Origin: Patescibacteria group bacterium
GTDB taxonomy: Bacteria; Patescibacteriota; Patescibacteriia; Patescibacteriales; JBAZCA01
Length of the DNA stretch: 64,000 nt
Assembly: GCA_041661505.1 (NCBI GenBank)
Contig: JBAZUF010000004.1
Coordinates: 4,861-68,860, forward strand
Reading direction: 5' to 3'
Both the position numbers and the translations under genes were made by a program. Below are positions 59,576-64,000 of this stretch, one piece after another (the first letter of the stretch is position 1; every line of letters starts with the position of its first letter). Under the pieces are notes generated by a model. That model ran no database searches. It was given only the letters and a program-made list of their open reading frames with translations, and was not told where the DNA came from.

Positions 59576-62500
59576 ATGAACGCTTCGTTAACAAAACTAA
59601 ACCCCGAACAGCTAAGAGCGGCAACCCATACCGAGGGGCCGCTTTTAATTGTGGCTGGCGCCGGAACCGGAAAAACAACCGTGCTTGTTAACCGGCTGGC
59701 TTTTTTAATTGAAAAGGGCCTCGCTAAGCAGGAAGAAATTTTACTTATCACTTTTACCCGCAAAGGGGCCGAAGAGATTGACGAACGGGCCGATAAACTT
59801 TTGCCTTACGGGTATGTTGACCGCTGGATTTCCACCTTTCATGATTTCTGCGCCCGGATTTTGCGCGAGCACGCTTTGGATATCGGTTTGCCGGGCGACT
59901 TTAAAGTTATAACGCAGACCGAAGCCTGGGTCATCGTAAAAAAACATTTGGACGAATTTAACCTGGATTATTACCGGCCTTTAGGCAATCCGACCAAATT
60001 CATCCACGAACTTTTAAAGCATTTTTCCCGCTTAAAAGACGAAGATATCGGGCCGAGCGAGTATCTTGAATACGCGAGCGGATTGGAGCAGGACTCTGAC
60101 GCCATGATGTCGGGCGGGAAAGGCAGTAAGGTAAAATCTAAGGTGAAGGGCGCCAGGGCCGCAAAGGCGGAGAAAGCGCTAGGCAAAGCGCTAACTGAAA
60201 CCGCGGACAACGATATGGACGGCATGGAAGCCTCGCGGATTATAGAGCTGGCCAATGCATATCACGCCTATAATAAACTACTACTGGACAATAGTTATCT
60301 GGATTTCGGCGATTTAATTTGCTATACGCTTAAACTGTTTCGCGAGCGGCCGAACATCCTAAAAATCTATCAGGAAAAATTTAAATACATCATGGTGGAC
60401 GAATTCCAGGATACTAACTGGGCCCAATACGAAATGATTAAAATTTTGGTTGGCGAAAAGAAAAACTTGGTTGTTGTTGGTGACGACGATCAGGCAATCT
60501 ATAAATTCCGCGGTGCGTCCTTATCCAATATCATGCAGTTTAAGGATGATTTTCCCAAGGCTAAAGAAGTGATTCTAAACCTGAATTACCGCTCGGGCCA
60601 GGCCATACTAGACAAGGCTTACGAATTTATCAAGCATAACGACCCAAACCGGCTGGAAGTAAAATTAAAAATAGGGAAGGACCTAAGAGCCCAGAAAAAG
60701 GAACCGGGCAATGTGGAGCACCTCTATTTCATGAATGACGAGGACGAAACCCGGGCGGTTATAGAAAAAATCCTTAGCTTAAAGCGCGAAGACAAAGAAG
60801 CGAGTTGGGCCGATTTCGCGATTTTAACCCGGGCAAACGACACAGCCAATAAATTTATTGCCGAGCTAAAAAGAAATGACATACCGGGAGATTTTCTTTC
60901 GCAAAAAGGGCTTTACTTTAAGCCGGCGATTTTGGACATCGTTTCCTATTTTCGCCTCTTGGACAATTATCATGAATCTTCGGCCTTATTCCGGGTTTTA
61001 AATATCCCGGCCTTCCGTTTAAGCCACGCTGACATTATAGCGGTTAATTTTTTTGTCCGGGCCAAGGGCTGGTCTATGTACGAGGGCATCGCCAATATCG
61101 CCGCTGTTCCTAAAGTCAGCCCGGAAGGAGTAGCGAATGCCGCCAAACTAACAGCCATGATCGCAAGGCATTCGGTCCTTGCCCGCCGGGAAAAGCCTTC
61201 GCGGATATTTTTACAATTCATTAACGAGTCCGGCCTGATCCGCGATTATGATTTTGACCGCGACAAAGAAATTTTTAACCAGATCAGCCAGTTTTACAAA
61301 CGGATAATTTTTTACGAAGACAATGACCCGGATTTAAGGTTAAGGGATTTTATGGAACTCCTAAACCTGGAAATGGAGTCGGGCGAGTCTGGATCCTTAA
61401 ACGCTCAAGCCGACGACGCCGATACGGTAAAGGTTATGACCGTCCACGCCGCCAAGGGAAAGGAATATAAGTTCGTTTTTATTGTCAATGTCGCTGACAA
61501 AAAATTCCCGACTATCGGCCGGGGTGAAAAAATACCGGTGCCGGACGCTTTAGTCCGGGAAAAATTGCCGGAAACCGGGGACGAGCATTTAGAAGAAGAG
61601 CGCCGGCTTTTTTACGTTGCGATGACTCGGGCTAAGGAAAAACTCTTTTTTACGAGCGCTGAAGATTACGGCGGAGTAAGAAAGAAAAAGATTTCCCGGT
61701 TTTTATTTGAAGCCGGAGTGGCAAAGGAAGGGGCTAAGCCTATGTATGCCGAAATTCAGGTAAAGGGCGCTAAGAGTCCGGGCGATATGTTTTTACCCGA
61801 AAAAGAAAAAGCGCCAGCCTGCCAGGACAAATATTATCTGCCTTCAAAATTTTCTTTCTCCCAGGTAGAGACTTACAATAACTGCCCCTTGCAGTATAAA
61901 TTTAATTACATCTTAAAAATCCCGACCCCGGGCAAAGCGGTTTTTGTTTACGGCCGGGTTATGCATAGCGTTTTAAGGGATTTTCTCTCGCCGTTAATGG
62001 AAGCCGGCGGCATCCAGCCGGGGTTATTCGGCGCCGCGAAAGGGAAAGGCGGGAAAGCCGCTTATCCGGACTTTAAAAAACTTTTAGACATATTCGCCGC
62101 CCGCTGGGAGGACGATGGTTATGATGATCAAAAGCAAAGGGAAGGCTATAAGAAAAAAGCTCGGAAGTCGCTTGAGATTTTTTACGCTGACTTAGAAGAA
62201 AACGGCTGGCCCGAACCCCTATACTTAGAAAAAAACTTTGCCATGCGGCTCGGAGAGTTTATGTTCCGCGGGGCGATTGACCGGGTAGACCGGCTTTCGG
62301 ACGGGACGGCTATGATCATCGACTATAAAACCGGTCAGCCAAAAGACAAGTTAGCCTTTGAAGAGAAACGCCAGCTCATATTATACCAGCTGGCTTTAGA
62401 AGACTTATTTAAAATTAAAGTTTCCAAGCTCGCTTACTATTACCTGGACAGCGGGAAGAAAATCGCATTTAGCGCTACAGAAAAAGACGTTGAGAAATTT

Positions 62501-62626
62501 GAGGAACAGGCTTTGGCTTCAATAGAGCGGATCCGGAGCTGTGATTTTACGCCGACTCCTGGATTTGTCTGCGACTGGTGCGACTTTAACGGGATTTGCG
62601 AGTTCAGGAAAATCAATAACCGGTAG
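59576..62626 (+). CDS. UvrD/PcrA-type helicase with a C-terminal Cas4/AddB-like PD-(D/E)xK nuclease
   Basis: Walker A AGAGTGKT and DEFQDTN. The C-terminus has CPLQYKF plus DYKTGQ plus CDWCDFNGIC (a 4-Cys cluster). Confidence 0.85.
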   Translation: MNASLTKLNPEQLRAATHTEGPLLIVAGAGTGKTTVLVNRLAFLIEKGLAKQEEILLITFTRKGAEEIDERADKLLPYGYVDRWISTFHDFCARILREHALDIGLPGDFKVITQTEAWVIVKKHLDEFNLDYYRPLGNPTKFIHELLKHFSRLKDEDIGPSEYLEYASGLEQDSDAMMSGGKGSKVKSKVKGARAAKAEKALGKALTETADNDMDGMEASRIIELANAYHAYNKLLLDNSYLDFGDLICYTLKLFRERPNILKIYQEKFKYIMVDEFQDTNWAQYEMIKILVGEKKNLVVVGDDDQAIYKFRGASLSNIMQFKDDFPKAKEVILNLNYRSGQAILDKAYEFIKHNDPNRLEVKLKIGKDLRAQKKEPGNVEHLYFMNDEDETRAVIEKILSLKREDKEASWADFAILTRANDTANKFIAELKRNDIPGDFLSQKGLYFKPAILDIVSYFRLLDNYHESSALFRVLNIPAFRLSHADIIAVNFFVRAKGWSMYEGIANIAAVPKVSPEGVANAAKLTAMIARHSVLARREKPSRIFLQFINESGLIRDYDFDRDKEIFNQISQFYKRIIFYEDNDPDLRLRDFMELLNLEMESGESGSLNAQADDADTVKVMTVHAAKGKEYKFVFIVNVADKKFPTIGRGEKIPVPDALVREKLPETGDEHLEEERRLFYVAMTRAKEKLFFTSAEDYGGVRKKKISRFLFEAGVAKEGAKPMYAEIQVKGAKSPGDMFLPEKEKAPACQDKYYLPSKFSFSQVETYNNCPLQYKFNYILKIPTPGKAVFVYGRVMHSVLRDFLSPLMEAGGIQPGLFGAAKGKGGKAAYPDFKKLLDIFAARWEDDGYDDQKQREGYKKKARKSLEIFYADLEENGWPEPLYLEKNFAMRLGEFMFRGAIDRVDRLSDGTAMIIDYKTGQPKDKLAFEEKRQLILYQLALEDLFKIKVSKLAYYYLDSGKKIAFSATEKDVEKFEEQALASIERIRSCDFTPTPGFVCDWCDFNGICEFRKINNR

Positions 62627-62699
62627 AGTGTTGAAATGCAAGGGAAAAACTGATAGCATATAATTATCAATTATTGAATACGAACCAACCACCGAAAAC

Positions 62700-63110
62700 A
62701 TGGGCTTAAAATCGTATCTATTTGTCATGACTCTCGCTACGGCCGTATGCTGGGCGGTTTTTTCGTATATAACCTGGACCGTCAATCCGGAAGTAACCAA
62801 CGGGGTGGGCTTTTTCCTTTTTTATTTGTCTTTATTTTTATCCATCGTTGGAACAACGGCCATCTTCGGTTTTGTAATCCGGTTTATTGCTTTTCGGCGC
62901 GACTTTGCCCTGCGCGCGGTAATTGAAGCTTTCCGGCAGTCGTTTTTATTCGCCGGGCTGGCTATCGTAGTATTGATACTGCTTTCCAAAGATATGTTTA
63001 ACTGGGTAAACCTCGCCTTTTTGGTAATCGGCTTAAGCGTCTTGGAATTTTTTCTAGTGAGTTATAATAAACATGACATAAGCGCCGTAAAAGAATATGG
63101 TGAACAGTAA
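62700..63110 (+). CDS. hypothetical integral membrane protein
   Basis: 136-aa ORF with about 4 hydrophobic segments. Confidence 0.5.
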   Translation: MGLKSYLFVMTLATAVCWAVFSYITWTVNPEVTNGVGFFLFYLSLFLSIVGTTAIFGFVIRFIAFRRDFALRAVIEAFRQSFLFAGLAIVVLILLSKDMFNWVNLAFLVIGLSVLEFFLVSYNKHDISAVKEYGEQ

Positions 63111-63160
63111 AGCGGATAATGAAATTTTTATGTTTATCCAAAAGAAAGATGAATTCTAAT

Positions 63161-64000
63161 ATGAAAAAAGAACTGGAAAATTTAAAAAAAGAAATTTCGG
63201 AACAACTGGCCAAAGTTAAAAATCTGGATGCTTTTCGCGATTTAGAAATAAAATATCTTGGCCGCAAAGGCGAACTGGCCAAAGTTATGAAAGCGGTGGC
63301 GCAACTGGCGGACGCGGAAAAAAAGGAAATGGGCCGGCTCGCTAATGAATTGAAAAACGAAGTCTCGGGAAAGTTCCGGGAGATTAAAGAAGCGCTTGAA
63401 CAAACCGGTAAAATTGAGAGCCAGATTGACGCAACTCTTCCCGGCGAAAAAATTATCTCCGGCCACCTACATCCGATAACTATCGTCCAGGAAGATTTAG
63501 AGGATTTTTTCCGCAGTCTGAATTTCAGGATTTTGGAAGGCCCGGAATTGGAGAGCGACTTTTTTAATTTTGAAGCTTTGAATATTCCCCCCCATCATCC
63601 GGCCCGCGACATGCAGGACACTTTTTACGTTGACGTAAAAAACAGCCAGGGAGAAAACGACCTGGTTTTACGGACGCATACTTCACCAGTCCAGGTGCGG
63701 TCCATGCTTAATTATGGGGCGCCGCTGCGCTGTATAATTCCGGGAAGATGCTTTCGTTCGGAAGCGACTGATGTCCGGCACGAGCACACTTTCTACCAGC
63801 TGGAAGGCTTGGTAATTGATAAAGGCATAAACATCCGGCATTTAAAGGGAGTTTTGGAAGCCATGGCCAAGCACCTTTACGGCCCGGAAACCGAAGTGCG
63901 CCTGCGGCCTAAATTTTATCCTTTCGTCGAGCCGGGTTTTAACGGGGAAGTAACTTGCTTTATCTGCCGCGGCCAGGGTTGCCGGCTATGTAAGCAAACC
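63161..64000 (+). CDS. pheS: phenylalanine--tRNA ligase alpha subunit (3' end beyond the window)
   Basis: Hand translation from ATG 63161 gives MKKELENLKKEI...HPARDMQDTFY...LRTHTSPVQVR. The frame is open to the window end. It is absent from the ORF track because it has no stop. Confidence 0.9.
   Translation, partial: MKKELENLKKEISEQLAKVKNLDAFRDLEIKYLGRKGELAKVMKAVAQLADAEKKEMGRLANELKNEVSGKFREIKEALEQTGKIESQIDATLPGEKIISGHLHPITIVQEDLEDFFRSLNFRILEGPELESDFFNFEALNIPPHHPARDMQDTFYVDVKNSQGENDLVLRTHTSPVQVRSMLNYGAPLRCIIPGRCFRSEATDVRHEHTFYQLEGLVIDKGINIRHLKGVLEAMAKHLYGPETEVRLRPKFYPFVEPGFNGEVTCFICRGQGCRLCKQT

Noticed and set aside
1-64000. CRISPR arrays, transposases, integrases and rRNA genes.
   Set aside because: Scanning both strands by eye and the ORF track found no regularly spaced direct repeats. 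No DDE, serine or tyrosine recombinase-like ORFs and no rRNA-like sequence were found either.

Overview
This is a 64 kb, moderately AT-rich bacterial contig that uses the standard genetic code. All calls were made by eye from the sequence and the ORF track; no searches or folding programs were run.

About 45 kb (1.1-44.3 kb) is a dense amino-acid biosynthesis supercluster:
- leuA, a fused leuCD, and leuB.
- thrC (carrying a LeuA-type regulatory domain), ilvE, ilvD, ilvB, ilvC and ridA.
- trpEGDCFBA on the minus strand.
- A minus-strand aromatic operon that starts with the archaeal-type ADH synthase and DHQ synthase II plus aspartate kinase and asd, followed by aroA, a fused aroK-aroE, aroD and aroC.
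- A frameshifted argB.
- pheA and a tyrA-chorismate mutase fusion.
- cimA, cysK, and serA-serC-serB.

The most striking non-coding signal is a repeated regulatory architecture: a near-consensus sigma70-type promoter, then a leaderless or almost leaderless mini-ORF enriched in the cognate amino acids, then mutually exclusive antiterminator and terminator hairpins.
- Clear copies are a Leu-rich leader before leuA, a Val/Ile-rich leader and a Leu/Ile-rich leader before the ilv genes, and a Trp/Phe/Tyr-rich leader before the aromatic operon.
- Two further copies are a Thr/Met/Ile-rich leader and a Gly/Ser/Cys-rich leader.
- The trp operon instead carries a T-box leader.

Between operons sit GC-richer (by eye) spacers. 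They hold small Cys-rich, Zn-ribbon-like ORFs with strong Shine-Dalgarno sequences, which the core genes lack, or heavily hairpinned RNA-like sequence.

The rest of the window contains:
- Housekeeping genes: rplU, recR, ybaB, dnaB, three tRNAs, an MtaB-like methylthiotransferase, riboflavin kinase, an M16 peptidase, a UvrD-like helicase-nuclease, and partial pheS.
- A 5.6 kb minus-strand defense-type island with an EcoRI-family methylase, an unknown protein, a HEPN-like protein, a GIY-YIG/T5orf172 protein, a RhuM protein, and a DUF262-HNH protein.

I found no CRISPR array, transposase or integrase.
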